Under the pieces are notes generated by a model. That model was not told where the DNA came from and made no database searches. It saw nothing but the letters and a program-made list of their open reading frames with translations. The translations under genes were made by a program, and so were the position numbers. 32,000 nt of DNA from Ferroglobus placidus DSM 10642. GTDB lineage: Archaea; Halobacteriota; Archaeoglobi; Archaeoglobales; Archaeoglobaceae. Of this stretch, positions 1 through 9,357 are shown piece by piece (the first letter of the stretch is position 1; each line of letters starts with the position of its first letter). The DNA lies in NCBI RefSeq assembly GCF_000025505.1, contig NC_013849.1, positions 1,380,001 to 1,412,000 on the forward strand, written 5' to 3'.

Positions 1-297
1 AAAAGCTGGCACCTCATTAACGGGAGAAAACTTCTCGTCTCTGAGTGCGATAAGTGCTGGAAAGTTAAAGCCTACGCTTTTTCTGGATTGGAGCTTGTTG
101 AATCGTTTGAAGTAAAAACGTACACGAGAGCGAATCTCCTCGATTTGCTCAGAGAACTTCTGAGTGAAGCGGAGTTCAATGCAGTCGTGGATAAATTCAA
201 CGGAGGCAATTACAACTATTCGGCTTTGAGCAGGGCTAAAAAGAAACTTGAAAGTTTGGGAGTAGATTTTGAGGAGCTAATCAGTCATTTATTTTAA
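1..297 (+). CDS. hypothetical protein, C-terminal fragment (5' end outside window)
   Basis: Frame 1 is open from base 1 (KSWHLINGRKLLVSECDKCW...) through the tracked 69-aa ORF to TAA 295-297. No motif recognised. Converges on the next gene and overlaps it by 17 nt. Confidence 0.35.
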   Translation, partial: KSWHLINGRKLLVSECDKCWKVKAYAFSGLELVESFEVKTYTRANLLDLLRELLSEAEFNAVVDKFNGGNYNYSALSRAKKKLESLGVDFEELISHLF

Positions 298-1246
298 TTT
301 TCAAGCTGAAAATCAGACCGAACAGCATGTTGGTTAGATAAGTTATTATTCTCCATCCGGCGACTACCGAAGCTAAGGAGCCGCGAACGAATTGAGAGTA
401 TAGGTAGAAGAAGCTACCCTCCGAAATTCCGCTGCTTCCCGGAGTAAGGGGAAGAAGGGAGATCACGACTATTATCGCTTGAGATGTTACCGACAGCAAG
501 AAGTTCGGTTCTTTGCCGAAAGCCATGAGAACAAAGGACGGCACGAGGAATTCGGACAACCAAAGAACGGATGTGAGAGCAAACATTACCGCTATTCTCT
601 TTTTGCTCGTTCTGAGAACGTCAACCAAAGCCTCCCTGAAGTTCCAGACTTCCTTCTCTATTTTCTCGTAAATTCTCTTACTCAACCTCTTCTCGAGGAA
701 GTTCAGAGCTCTTTCTACTCTTGCGGGGTGTTTGAGCAACTCTCTGAGGAGTACGAGAAAGAGTATCAAGAGGATGAAGAAAGCCAACCCTACTCTGAAC
801 CCGAGTTTTAGTGAGAACTCAGTCAGGGAAAGAAGAATAGCTAACGACGTTACGAAGAATATTGAATCGAGAAGCCTTTCTATAAGGATTATTGCAGTAG
901 CCCTTCCAATTCCCATTCCGTTTTTCGAAAGGAGGTAAGCTCTAACGGGCTCTCCTCCAGCGGAAGAAGGAGTTATCGCTGCAAAAAACATGCTCGACAT
1001 AGTTATTTTAAAAGAGTTGGAAAAGCTGACGTTGCCGTTGAAAGTCTCTACCAAAAATTTCAGTCTGAAAGCCCAGAAAATCCAGAATAGTACGTGGAAA
1101 AGCATGGCGGCGGCGATGTAAACAGGATTCGCTTCGAAAAGAGTTGACACGTCCTCTCCAGTAATTTTGAAAATTGCAAATATTGCTGCGAGTGAGAATA
1201 CTGCTGCTATCAATGTTCTCTTTAGCTCCTTTTTGGAGGAACCCAT
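281..1246 (-). CDS. polytopic membrane protein, flippase-like / UPF0104 (LPG-synthase-TM-like) family
   Basis: 321 aa with ATG start and about 8 hydrophobic helices. GGEPVRAYLL motif that I associate with TIGR00374/UPF0104 proteins. Last gene of the glycosyltransferase string, with a 25-nt overlap with the GT2 gene. Confidence 0.55.
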   Translation of the reverse strand: MGSSKKELKRTLIAAVFSLAAIFAIFKITGEDVSTLFEANPVYIAAAMLFHVLFWIFWAFRLKFLVETFNGNVSFSNSFKITMSSMFFAAITPSSAGGEPVRAYLLSKNGMGIGRATAIILIERLLDSIFFVTSLAILLSLTEFSLKLGFRVGLAFFILLILFLVLLRELLKHPARVERALNFLEKRLSKRIYEKIEKEVWNFREALVDVLRTSKKRIAVMFALTSVLWLSEFLVPSFVLMAFGKEPNFLLSVTSQAIIVVISLLPLTPGSSGISEGSFFYLYSQFVRGSLASVVAGWRIITYLTNMLFGLIFSLKIKIND

Positions 1247-2160
1247 TTTACCTTCTCACCTCTCAGGTAGCTGATCACAGCCGACAAGGCTGCTGCTTGG
1301 AGAACCAAGCAGTAGATAATAAAAGCTGCGTAGACTTTAAAGCCTTCGTTTTTTCTGTAAACGAGTAAAGCTGGAAGGGAGAGCAGAATCAGGGGGAGAA
1401 AAACCGCAGGAATGAAGGTTAAAGTTAGAGAAAAAAGCCAAGAGAGTTTGAAGGACAGTTTTCTCGATCGTGCAACAAGCTTAAAGTAATTCCATAGCTG
1501 CAACCCTCCGTAATACCACCTCTTCCTCTGGTTAAAGAAATCTTTTACGGTTACTGGAGACTGCTCGAAAAGCTTTCCTTCGGCGAGTTCAGCTTTTAGT
1601 CCGAGGCAGTGCATTCTCGTGGCAAAATCTGCGTCCTCAGTTATAGCATCTTCATTTAGAAGGTGCTTGTATAAAAACCTCGGGTTGAGAACTCCGATCA
1701 ACCCGTTGAATTGTTTGAAAGCCGAAATTCTCAAAAGAAAGTTTATAAGCCTGTACTCGAGAGATACAGCCTTGGAAATAAAGCTGTAGTCGTTGTAAAT
1801 GTACCTCTTTGTCGATTTTATGTAAACGTCTCCGTTTAAATCTGAACATTTTATCAGAAAATCTTCTTCGGGTCGAGAATCCACGTCGAAAATCGCTACG
1901 AGATCGGGCTTGAATTTTTTCAGAGCTTTTAGACCATCGTTTATCGCTCCAGCTCTTTTCCCCCTATTCGTGTTTCTCGCAAGAACATCTACTTTGAGGT
2001 TTTTAAGCGATTCAACCCTCTCGTCTTTCTCGCTTCCATCGAAGACGTAGAGAATTTTCTTTTCTCCGGGAAACTTCAGATTATTCAGCCACTTGGCAGA
2101 GTCGAGAAGGGTTTTCGCGTCTTCTTGAGGTGAAACCGGAACGATAATGGCGATTCTCAT
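1222..2160 (-). CDS. family 2 glycosyltransferase (GT-A fold) with C-terminal transmembrane region
   Basis: 312 aa. IAIIVPV N-terminus, DxD motif (VAIFDVDSRP), QRKRW (Q-x-x-R-W) motif of processive GT2 enzymes, hydrophobic C-terminal helices. 4-nt overlap with the GT4 gene. Confidence 0.75.
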   Translation of the reverse strand: MRIAIIVPVSPQEDAKTLLDSAKWLNNLKFPGEKKILYVFDGSEKDERVESLKNLKVDVLARNTNRGKRAGAINDGLKALKKFKPDLVAIFDVDSRPEEDFLIKCSDLNGDVYIKSTKRYIYNDYSFISKAVSLEYRLINFLLRISAFKQFNGLIGVLNPRFLYKHLLNEDAITEDADFATRMHCLGLKAELAEGKLFEQSPVTVKDFFNQRKRWYYGGLQLWNYFKLVARSRKLSFKLSWLFSLTLTFIPAVFLPLILLSLPALLVYRKNEGFKVYAAFIIYCLVLQAAALSAVISYLRGEKVKWVPPKRS

Positions 2161-3158
2161 AAACTTTCGTAAATTTTTGAGACTTCTTCAGCAACTCTCT
2201 CCCAGCTGTAACTTTCTGTCACTTTCCTTCCCCTTCTCCCGAGTTTCCTCACGGTCTTTGAATCCAATTTTTTTATTATTTCCCTCAATTCTTCCACGCT
2301 CTCAAAGGTGTATCCCGCTTTTTTCGCGATCTCCCTTACTCCGGGAGTGTTGTAAGCTATAACCGGAGTTCCGGAAGCCATAGCTTCGAGTAAAACTATT
2401 CCAAATGCTTCCAACCTCGTTTTTGATGGCAGAACGAGGCATTTAGCTTTTTTCATAAGCTCTCGCACTTTTTCGTATCCAACTTTTCCGAGAAATTTCG
2501 CCTTTACTTTTTTCTCTCTTGCAAGTTTTTCGAAGTACTCTCTATCCTCACCATCTCCGGCAACCACGAGTTCTTCTTCGGTTTTTTCGAGGGCTTCTAT
2601 GAGGTAATTTAGCCCTTTATACTTCACGAGCCTTCCGACGTACAGCACGAAGTTCTTTTTCTCGGAGCAGAATTCGAAAGTTTCAAAGCTAACACCGTTC
2701 GGTATAAATTCGAGCTTCTCTTCGTAATCTCTAAGAATTTTTGAAGTTCTCGCATAATCTGGAGTTGTTGCGACGATAACTTCTGCTCTGTCGAGAACTT
2801 TTCTCGTAACTTTTTCGTTTATTTCCTCTAATTTTTTTGCAGCGAATCTCGGAATTCTTACGCCAAAAACCTCGTCGGGAATTTCAACATCGTTGTGGTA
2901 AGTAACGACGAATTTGTCCTCGCTGGAGTAGATGTAAGCAAAAAAAGGGCTTGGGACGTGAGCGTGATATATTTCAGCGTTGCACTTCTTTTTTTTCAAG
3001 GGTATTGGGGAATAGGGGATCGGAAGAGAGGGAGTTGTTGAGGAGGATATTATCTCCACCTCGTAAAACTTCGAAAGGGCTTTGGAAAGGTTTTCAACGT
3101 GGATCTCTATTCCTCCGATGTGGGGAAAAGAGTAGGGGGTGATTTGAGCGACTTTCAT
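2157..3158 (-). CDS. family 4 (GT-B fold) glycosyltransferase
   Basis: 333 aa. N-terminus MKVAQITPYSFPHIGGIE and C-terminal EAFGIVLLEAMASGTPVIA region are typical of GT4/GT1-type enzymes. 4-nt overlaps with both neighbours. Confidence 0.75.
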   Translation of the reverse strand: MKVAQITPYSFPHIGGIEIHVENLSKALSKFYEVEIISSSTTPSLPIPYSPIPLKKKKCNAEIYHAHVPSPFFAYIYSSEDKFVVTYHNDVEIPDEVFGVRIPRFAAKKLEEINEKVTRKVLDRAEVIVATTPDYARTSKILRDYEEKLEFIPNGVSFETFEFCSEKKNFVLYVGRLVKYKGLNYLIEALEKTEEELVVAGDGEDREYFEKLAREKKVKAKFLGKVGYEKVRELMKKAKCLVLPSKTRLEAFGIVLLEAMASGTPVIAYNTPGVREIAKKAGYTFESVEELREIIKKLDSKTVRKLGRRGRKVTESYSWERVAEEVSKIYESL

Positions 3159-3757
3159 ATTATCCCTTCGAGCTCCAGAATTTTTTTAGCCCACACGAGT
3201 TTTTTCCCCTTTACTCCTTCGGCTTTAAACTCGAACCCGTGCAGGAGAATTTTTCTCGCTCCGAACTCCTTGGCTATTATTGCTGCTCTGTCTCCGTCCG
3301 TAAATCCTCCGAAGTTGTAAACTCTGTCGAAAGGCTCTGCTTGTGTCGTTGCAACGAAGGAGTTCAGCTCTGGAACTATCTCTTTTATCAGTTCTACGTT
3401 GTCTCCGTGGGCGTGGATTACGAGAACGCATCCTTTCTCCTCCACTTTTTTCAGAATCTCAGCACCTTCTTCGAGGTCAGTAACATGCACGTCTGGAACT
3501 CTCGATGTAATTTTCATCCATTTAATCAGCGACTTTCCGGCGGTGATTATCGTTTGAGACTCTATCGGCTTTTCGACGGCTCCTCCAACAACAACGACCT
3601 CTTTCCCCTCGATTTTTTCCCTCAAGACTTCTTTGTCGAGGAGCTTGCCATTTCCCATCTCTTTCAGAATTATCGCAGCTCTCCTGTCCTCGTCGATTGA
3701 GTAGCCAAAATCTCTTGCGATTTCTATGTATATTTTGAACCACTCTTCAAGCTTCAT
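3155..3757 (-). CDS. mptE: 6-hydroxymethylpterin diphosphokinase MptE-like protein (DUF115 family)
   Basis: 200 aa. Motifs VTDLEEG, IHAHGDN, TTQ and GGFTDGDRA match my memory of the small archaeal MptE/DUF115 family. Fits an organism using methanopterin-type cofactors. Family call is from recall, not a search. Confidence 0.55.
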   Translation of the reverse strand: MKLEEWFKIYIEIARDFGYSIDEDRRAAIILKEMGNGKLLDKEVLREKIEGKEVVVVGGAVEKPIESQTIITAGKSLIKWMKITSRVPDVHVTDLEEGAEILKKVEEKGCVLVIHAHGDNVELIKEIVPELNSFVATTQAEPFDRVYNFGGFTDGDRAAIIAKEFGARKILLHGFEFKAEGVKGKKLVWAKKILELEGII

Positions 3758-6700
3758 TTAGTCTCTTTATCCCTATCTTCGCCTTCTCTCCTTCTATGTC
3801 CCACTCTTTCACGTATCCTTCAGCCTTTCCGAAGATTAGCTCCTTCGCTCTGGTTTCAGTTTTTATGTAGTCTTCGAAACCTCTAACGAGCTCTTCGTCG
3901 AATTCGAGAGTAACGATTATGAACTCCTCGACGTTTAAATCGAGCTCTTTCCTCATTTCCTGAATTCTCCTCACGAGCTCTCTTGCGTAGGCTTCTCTCT
4001 TCAGCTCTTCGTCCATTTCGGTGTAAACGTAAACGACTCCCCTGGAGAATTCCTCGTAGCTGTAATTTTCTGGCACTTTGAACTCGAACTCGAGGTAGTC
4101 TCTGTCTATTCTCTCTCCATCGAATTCGACGTAGCCTCTTTCGTAAATCTGCCTCATTTCCTCCTTACTCAGCGAGTTAAGGTAATTTATGAAGTCCTTC
4201 ATCTTCTCCCTTAGCTTCGCTCCGAGCTTTTTGAAGTTCGGTTTAACAACAACCTCCTTTTCGAACTCTTTCACGAACTCTATCTCCTTCACGTTACTCT
4301 GAGTGAGAATTATCTCTTTTAGCCTCTCTACTTTCACGTCTCCCTCTACTATCAGCTTTCTCAGAGGCCATCTGAGTTTTATTCCGGCTTTTTGTCTTGC
4401 CGCATAGCTCGCCTCAACTATCTCTCTCGCCAGATCCATCTCTTTTTCGAGCTCCTCGTCGATCCACTTTTCATCAGCTTCCGGATACATCTCCATAAAA
4501 ATCGACTCTTCTCCCTCTCTGAACTTCTTCGTGAAGTTCTGATAAACGTATTCCGCTATGAAGGGAGCGAAAGGGGAGATAATTCTCGTGACTTTATCTA
4601 TAACCCGAAACATTGTAGCGTAAGCGGCTATCTTGCTTGGACTATCTTTTTCCTCCCAGACCCTCCTCCTTATGAGCTGTATGTACCACCTGCTGAAATC
4701 TTCCACGACGAAATCGTAGAATCTCTTCACAACTCTATGCAAATTGTAGTTTTCCATAGCCTCGTTAGCAAGCTTGCAAAAGCTTTCGAGTCTCGAAAGA
4801 ATCCATTTGTCCTCTATTCTGAGCTCGCAATCCTCTGGCGAGACTTCTCTGAATTTGTCGAGTTCCATGTACGTGTACGCGAATCTAACAGCGTTCCAGA
4901 AAATGTTCAAAAGTCTCAAGAAGTTCTCCGCCTCTCCCCAGCTGAACTTCAGGTCTTCCCATAATGCTGAGGAGAGAACGTAAAGTCTGAAAGCATCGAC
5001 GCCGATTCTGTCTATAACTTCCTCCGGCTCGACGACGTTTCCTAAGCTTTTGCTCATCTTTCTTCCCTGCTCATCAAGAGTGAAGCCGTGCATGAGAACA
5101 GTCTTGTAAGGGGCTTTTCCGAAAGCGATGATGCTTGCTCCAAGTTGAGAGTAGAACCAGCCCCTTGTCTGATCGTGTCCTTCCGTTATGAAGTCCGCTG
5201 GCCAGAGCTTTTTGAACTCCTCTTCTTTCAGCGGGTATTCGAGAGTTCCCCAGCTTGCAACTCCGCTGTCGAACCAGACGTCGAAAACGTCGCTTATTCT
5301 CTTCATCTTTCCCCCGCAATCACATTCGAATGTTACCTCGTCTATTTTCGGTCGGTGCAGATCTAAGTCGTCCTTCCAGCCTACCTCGTTTATGCTTCCG
5401 ACAACTTTCATTTTTCCGCACTTCTCGCATATCCACACTGGAATCGGAATTCCCCAGTACCTCTGCCTGCTTATGCACCAGTCTTTGGCGTTGCTAACCC
5501 AGTCTTTGAATCGAGAAGCTCCAGCCCACTCGGGAATCCACCTTACCTTGTCTATTTCCCTCAGCATCTCTTCCTTAAGCTCGCTGACCTTCAAAAACCA
5601 CTGCTCTGTAGCTCTGTATATTATCGGAGTTTTGCACCTCCAGCAGTGACCATATCTGTGAACTATAGTTTCTTCAGCGAGCAAGAGCCCTTTGTTTCTC
5701 AAATCTTCTATTATCACTTTGTTAGCTTCTCTCACATTAAGTCCGGCGTACTTCCCAGCCTCTTCGGTGAAAACACCCTTGTCGTCGACCGGATTGAAAA
5801 CCTCGAGACCGTGCTGAACTCCAAGCTCGTAGTCTTCCAATCCGTGTCCCGGGGCTATGTGAACGCAGCCGGTGTTTTCTGCCGTTACGAACTCAGCCAT
5901 GTAAACCTTATGCACGAACTTCTTCTGAATCGGAACCTCCTCAGCTAACGGGTGCTCGTACTCTAAGCCTACGAGATCTTCACCGAGCTTAGTTTCCACA
6001 ATTTCCCAAAGCTGGTAGCCGCCTTTCTTCAGAACGTCTTCAGCAAGCTCCTTAGCGAGGATAAGATACTCAAGCTTATCATTTTTAACGGCTTTTATGA
6101 TCGCGTACTCCAAAGACGGGTGAACAGCAACTGCCATGTTCGCCGGAAGAGTCCAGGGTGTCGTGGTCCATATTACTATGTAAGTCGCTTTCTCTCCTTT
6201 TACGGGGAATTTAACGTATATGGAAGGGTCTTTCCTTTCCGCATATTCTACTTCCGCGTCAGCCAGAGCAGTTTCGCACCTCGGACACCAGTTCACGACC
6301 ATCTTCTTCTTCTCAAGCAAACCTTTCTCGTGAGCTTTCTTGACCGTCCACCAAGCAGAGTTTATGTACTCTGCTTTTATCGTCATGTATGGGTTTTCCC
6401 AGTCCATCCAAACGCCGAGAGCTTTGAATTGCTCCGTCATAGCTTCTTTGTTCTTCAAAGCGTAATCCATGCACATCTTCACGAACTTGTCAATCCCGAA
6501 CTCTTCTATCTCCTTCTTTTCCTTTATTCCGAGCTCTTGCTCCACCTTCACTTCTATCGGAAGCCCGTGCATGTCCCATCCCGGGCGATCGGTTACCTTG
6601 AACCCTTTCATTCTCTTGTAACGCAGGACCGTGTCTTTTATCACCTTATTCCAGGCTGTACCGAGGTGAATTCTTCCAGTAGTATAAGGAGGACCGTCAA

Positions 6701-6818
6701 CAAAGAAAAAGGGCTTATCTCCCCTTTCTTTAACTTTTTCGTAAATCCTATTTTTCTCCCAGAACTCCTTGACGAACTTCTCCACTTCTCTGTGAGAGTA
6801 CACGCCGGTGAATTGCAT
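3747..6818 (-). CDS. ileS: isoleucyl-tRNA synthetase
   Basis: 1023 aa. HIGH-type motif (PPYTTGRIHLGTAWNK), KMSKS motif (KMSKSLGN), large CP1 editing insertion, Cys pairs CPRC and CWRC. Length typical of archaeal IleRS. Confidence 0.95.
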   Translation of the reverse strand: MQFTGVYSHREVEKFVKEFWEKNRIYEKVKERGDKPFFFVDGPPYTTGRIHLGTAWNKVIKDTVLRYKRMKGFKVTDRPGWDMHGLPIEVKVEQELGIKEKKEIEEFGIDKFVKMCMDYALKNKEAMTEQFKALGVWMDWENPYMTIKAEYINSAWWTVKKAHEKGLLEKKKMVVNWCPRCETALADAEVEYAERKDPSIYVKFPVKGEKATYIVIWTTTPWTLPANMAVAVHPSLEYAIIKAVKNDKLEYLILAKELAEDVLKKGGYQLWEIVETKLGEDLVGLEYEHPLAEEVPIQKKFVHKVYMAEFVTAENTGCVHIAPGHGLEDYELGVQHGLEVFNPVDDKGVFTEEAGKYAGLNVREANKVIIEDLRNKGLLLAEETIVHRYGHCWRCKTPIIYRATEQWFLKVSELKEEMLREIDKVRWIPEWAGASRFKDWVSNAKDWCISRQRYWGIPIPVWICEKCGKMKVVGSINEVGWKDDLDLHRPKIDEVTFECDCGGKMKRISDVFDVWFDSGVASWGTLEYPLKEEEFKKLWPADFITEGHDQTRGWFYSQLGASIIAFGKAPYKTVLMHGFTLDEQGRKMSKSLGNVVEPEEVIDRIGVDAFRLYVLSSALWEDLKFSWGEAENFLRLLNIFWNAVRFAYTYMELDKFREVSPEDCELRIEDKWILSRLESFCKLANEAMENYNLHRVVKRFYDFVVEDFSRWYIQLIRRRVWEEKDSPSKIAAYATMFRVIDKVTRIISPFAPFIAEYVYQNFTKKFREGEESIFMEMYPEADEKWIDEELEKEMDLAREIVEASYAARQKAGIKLRWPLRKLIVEGDVKVERLKEIILTQSNVKEIEFVKEFEKEVVVKPNFKKLGAKLREKMKDFINYLNSLSKEEMRQIYERGYVEFDGERIDRDYLEFEFKVPENYSYEEFSRGVVYVYTEMDEELKREAYARELVRRIQEMRKELDLNVEEFIIVTLEFDEELVRGFEDYIKTETRAKELIFGKAEGYVKEWDIEGEKAKIGIKRLNEA

Positions 6819-6840
6819 AGGTTAAAAAGAAATACGTGGG

Positions 6841-7938
6841 TTAAAATAGTTTATTCAAAGTGTATCTACTTTCTCCAAGTCCGAGTTCTTCGGCGTAGCT
6901 TATCAGTCTTTTTGGAGACGTCCATCCCCAGTACTTTTCCTTTAACAAAGCTTTTTCGAAGTTTTTCTCGCTCTCATAAGCGTCGAGGCTCGCTTTATCC
7001 ACAGACACTATGTCTTTGGAAGCGAAAATTCCTACGTCCGGAATCACCGGAACTCCGCTGTAAGGATGGCAGTCGCAGTGGGGAGTGACGTCGAGGACGA
7101 AGTTCAAATATGCGAAGTTTTTCCTTCCGACGGTATCTATAACTGCCTTGGCAGCCTCGACGATCCTCTCTGCTATTTCATCTCCAACGAGCCAGGGAGC
7201 TATTACTACAGCTTTCGCCTCGCAAACCTCTCCGCAGCCGGCACATTTAACGCATTTTTCGAGATTTATCTCGTAGTTTTCTATCGCATCCACTGGACAA
7301 ATTTCGAGGCACTTGTCGCATTTTGTGCACTTCTCTCTATCTATCCTCGGAGGATTTGCCACGTGGATGTCGTATTTGGTCGTTTTAGTAACGCATCCAA
7401 CTCCGATGGTCTTCAAACTCCCTCCAACTCCGGCTCTGAAATGGAGCTTGAAATGTGTTGCGACAACGACAAAATCGGCTTCAGCTATTGCTTTAGCCAC
7501 GAAAACTTCCTTGAGGTGTTTGCCGTTAGCTTTAACCTTTACTCCGTCCAAGCCGATTAGACCGTCGGCTATTATTATCGGAGCTGCCAGGGTTTGCTGG
7601 GTGTAGCCGTTTTCTTCGGCTATCATCAACCTTCCCGTGGCAAAGCTTCTGTCTTTAGTCATTCCCAAGCCGGTAGTTTCGGTTACAAACGGTTTTCCGC
7701 CTCTTTCCTTGACTTTCTCGGCAATCTTTCTAAGAAAAACTGATCTGAGTGTTTTCGTCGTGCCGAAATCTCCGAAGTGGGTTTTTATCGCCACCAAGTC
7801 ACCGGAAGATATTCCGTCGAGGATTCCACTCTCATCTATCAGCTTGCCAAGCTTGTAAACGAGACTCTGCTCCGGCTGATACCACTTTTCCAACTCAGTA
7901 ACCGGCGCTTCTGCGGAAGCGAAGAAAACTTCGCTCAT
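6841..7938 (-). CDS. DUF362-domain iron-sulfur protein with inserted 2x[4Fe-4S] ferredoxin domain
   Basis: 365 aa. Two CxxCxxCxxxCP-type motifs (CTKCDKCLEICP, CVKCAGCGEVCE) embedded in a DUF362-like scaffold (AIKTHFG..., TPHCDCH). First gene of the long minus-strand string. Confidence 0.7.
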   Translation of the reverse strand: MSEVFFASAEAPVTELEKWYQPEQSLVYKLGKLIDESGILDGISSGDLVAIKTHFGDFGTTKTLRSVFLRKIAEKVKERGGKPFVTETTGLGMTKDRSFATGRLMIAEENGYTQQTLAAPIIIADGLIGLDGVKVKANGKHLKEVFVAKAIAEADFVVVATHFKLHFRAGVGGSLKTIGVGCVTKTTKYDIHVANPPRIDREKCTKCDKCLEICPVDAIENYEINLEKCVKCAGCGEVCEAKAVVIAPWLVGDEIAERIVEAAKAVIDTVGRKNFAYLNFVLDVTPHCDCHPYSGVPVIPDVGIFASKDIVSVDKASLDAYESEKNFEKALLKEKYWGWTSPKRLISYAEELGLGESRYTLNKLF

Positions 7939-8013
7939 GAGCTAAGGGTAAATTTTTGAGCCTAAAAATGTTTGTTTTGGGGAACATTTATCTATTTTCG
8001 AGAAGAGTGTAGA

Positions 8014-8181
8014 ATGATGTACATCCTCTGTAGGGTTTGCGGAAACGATACTTTCAGAATTACCGTGGAACTGGTTGCGGAATGCACGAGCTGCGGAGCG
8101 AAGTTTAGCTTGGGGAAGCCGATAGACAAGCTTCCGAAACCTGATGACATCGAACCTTTCAAATTTCTAAAAGGTTTTTAG
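8014..8181 (+). CDS. small zinc-ribbon protein (hypothetical)
   Basis: 55 aa from ATG 8014 (MMYILCRVCGNDTF...CTSCGAKF). Two CxxC pairs form a 4-Cys ribbon. Ends 21 nt before rtcA. The tracked TTG start at 7972 adds an implausible N-terminus. Confidence 0.4.
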   Translation: MMYILCRVCGNDTFRITVELVAECTSCGAKFSLGKPIDKLPKPDDIEPFKFLKGF

Positions 8182-8202
8182 TCGCAAAGATCACTTGCGA
8201 AC

Positions 8203-9210
8203 ATGATCAAAATCGACGGAAGCTACGGCGAAGGAGGAGGGCAGATTTTAAGAACTGCGATAGCTCTTTCATGCTTAACCGGAGAGGCTGTTGAAATTTA
8301 CAACATCCGAGCTAAGAGACCCAAACCCGGGTTGATGGCTCAGCACCTAAAAGGAATAGAGGCGGCAAAGAGAATTAGCGATGCCGAAGTTGAGGGGTTG
8401 AGAATTGGGTCTACGCGAGTTGTTTTCAAACCGAGGAGTTTGAAAGGTGGGAATTTTAGGATCGATATCGGCACGGCTGGAAGCGTTACCTTAATTCTTC
8501 AGACAGTTCTCCTCCCTTCTTTAGCCGCAGACGGAGAAACGACTCTTGAAATTAGGGGAGGAACTGACGTTAACTGGAGTCCTACGGCGGATTACTTCAT
8601 GAACGTCACTCTCCCAGCTCTCAGAGAGCTTGGCGTGGAGGCTGAATTTGAGCTGATAAAGCGAGGATATTATCCGAAGGGTGGAGGGGAAGTGAGGGTA
8701 AAAGTTACTCCCTCTAAGCTCTTCGGGAAAACTTTCGAAAAGAAGGATTGCGATAAAGTTCTCGGAGTCTCTCACGCTTCGAATTTGCCCGAGCACGTGC
8801 CGAAAAGACAGGCTGAAGCTGCAAAAAGAGTTTTGAGAGAAGCCGGTTTCGATGCAGAGATAAAAATCGAAGTTAGAAGAGAGTTCTCAACTGGAAGCGG
8901 AATAACTCTTTGGTGCGGATATAAGGGCGGGTCTTCTCTCGGAGAAAAGGGAAAAAGAGCGGAGATCGTTGGGGAGGAGGCTGCTAAAGAGATTTTAAGC
9001 GAGTTATCGACGGACTTCGCCTTCGATAAGCATTTAGCTGACCAAGTTATGGTTTTCGCTGCTGTGGCGAAGGGAGAAACCTTCTACACCACTTCTCAGA
9101 TAACCATGCATGCCGTTAGCAACAAGTACGTTATAGAGAAGTTTTTTGGAGAATGCATCAAATTTGAAGGGAACTCTGTGAGAATTTTCGGAAACGATAT
9201 CCTCTCTTGA
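8203..9210 (+). CDS. rtcA: RNA 3'-terminal phosphate cyclase
   Basis: 335 aa. N-terminus MIKIDGSYGEGGGQILRTAIALS and overall length are characteristic of RtcA. Confidence 0.9.
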   Translation: MIKIDGSYGEGGGQILRTAIALSCLTGEAVEIYNIRAKRPKPGLMAQHLKGIEAAKRISDAEVEGLRIGSTRVVFKPRSLKGGNFRIDIGTAGSVTLILQTVLLPSLAADGETTLEIRGGTDVNWSPTADYFMNVTLPALRELGVEAEFELIKRGYYPKGGGEVRVKVTPSKLFGKTFEKKDCDKVLGVSHASNLPEHVPKRQAEAAKRVLREAGFDAEIKIEVRREFSTGSGITLWCGYKGGSSLGEKGKRAEIVGEEAAKEILSELSTDFAFDKHLADQVMVFAAVAKGETFYTTSQITMHAVSNKYVIEKFFGECIKFEGNSVRIFGNDILS

Positions 9211-9217
9211 ATTTAAG

Positions 9218-9237
9218 TTTATTATTTTTAATTTTTA
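9218..9237 (+). terminator. oligo-T transcription terminator candidate downstream of rtcA
   Basis: Two T5 runs (9225-9229, 9232-9236) in TTATTATTTTTAATTTTTATT immediately after the rtcA stop. Archaeal RNAP terminates at oligo-T tracts. Confidence 0.35.
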
Positions 9238-9276
9238 TTATACATTTCACCTTTAAATTATATTCTGAAAGTTCGA

Positions 9277-9290
9277 AAAGTTTTAAATTT
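9277..9290 (+). promoter_or_regulatory. BRE/TATA-like promoter candidate for the hydrogenase operon
   Basis: AAAGTTTTAAATTT about 70 nt upstream of GTG 9358. A second TATA-like box CTTTAAATTATATT lies at 9251-9264. SD GGTGAT at 9347-9352. Confidence 0.3.
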
Positions 9291-9357
9291 GTCATTTTTA
9301 ATCAAAAACAACTTAGCGAAGAATTTAGGGGTAAAGTACTTTAGTGGGTGATGTGCC

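Noticed and set aside
6120-7088. A 322-aa plus-strand ORF, and many other 60-190-aa ORFs antisense to ileS, the GT genes, topA, hisC, srp54 and others.
   Set aside because: They are antisense shadows of strongly supported genes. Purine-rich sense codons give stop-poor Ser/Phe/Leu-rich antisense frames. They have no SD or start context and no recognisable motifs.
7972-8013. The TTG start at 7972 for the small Zn-ribbon ORF (tracked 69 aa).
   Set aside because: It adds MFWGTFIYFREECR with no SD, directly on the putative promoter. ATG 8014 is more plausible.
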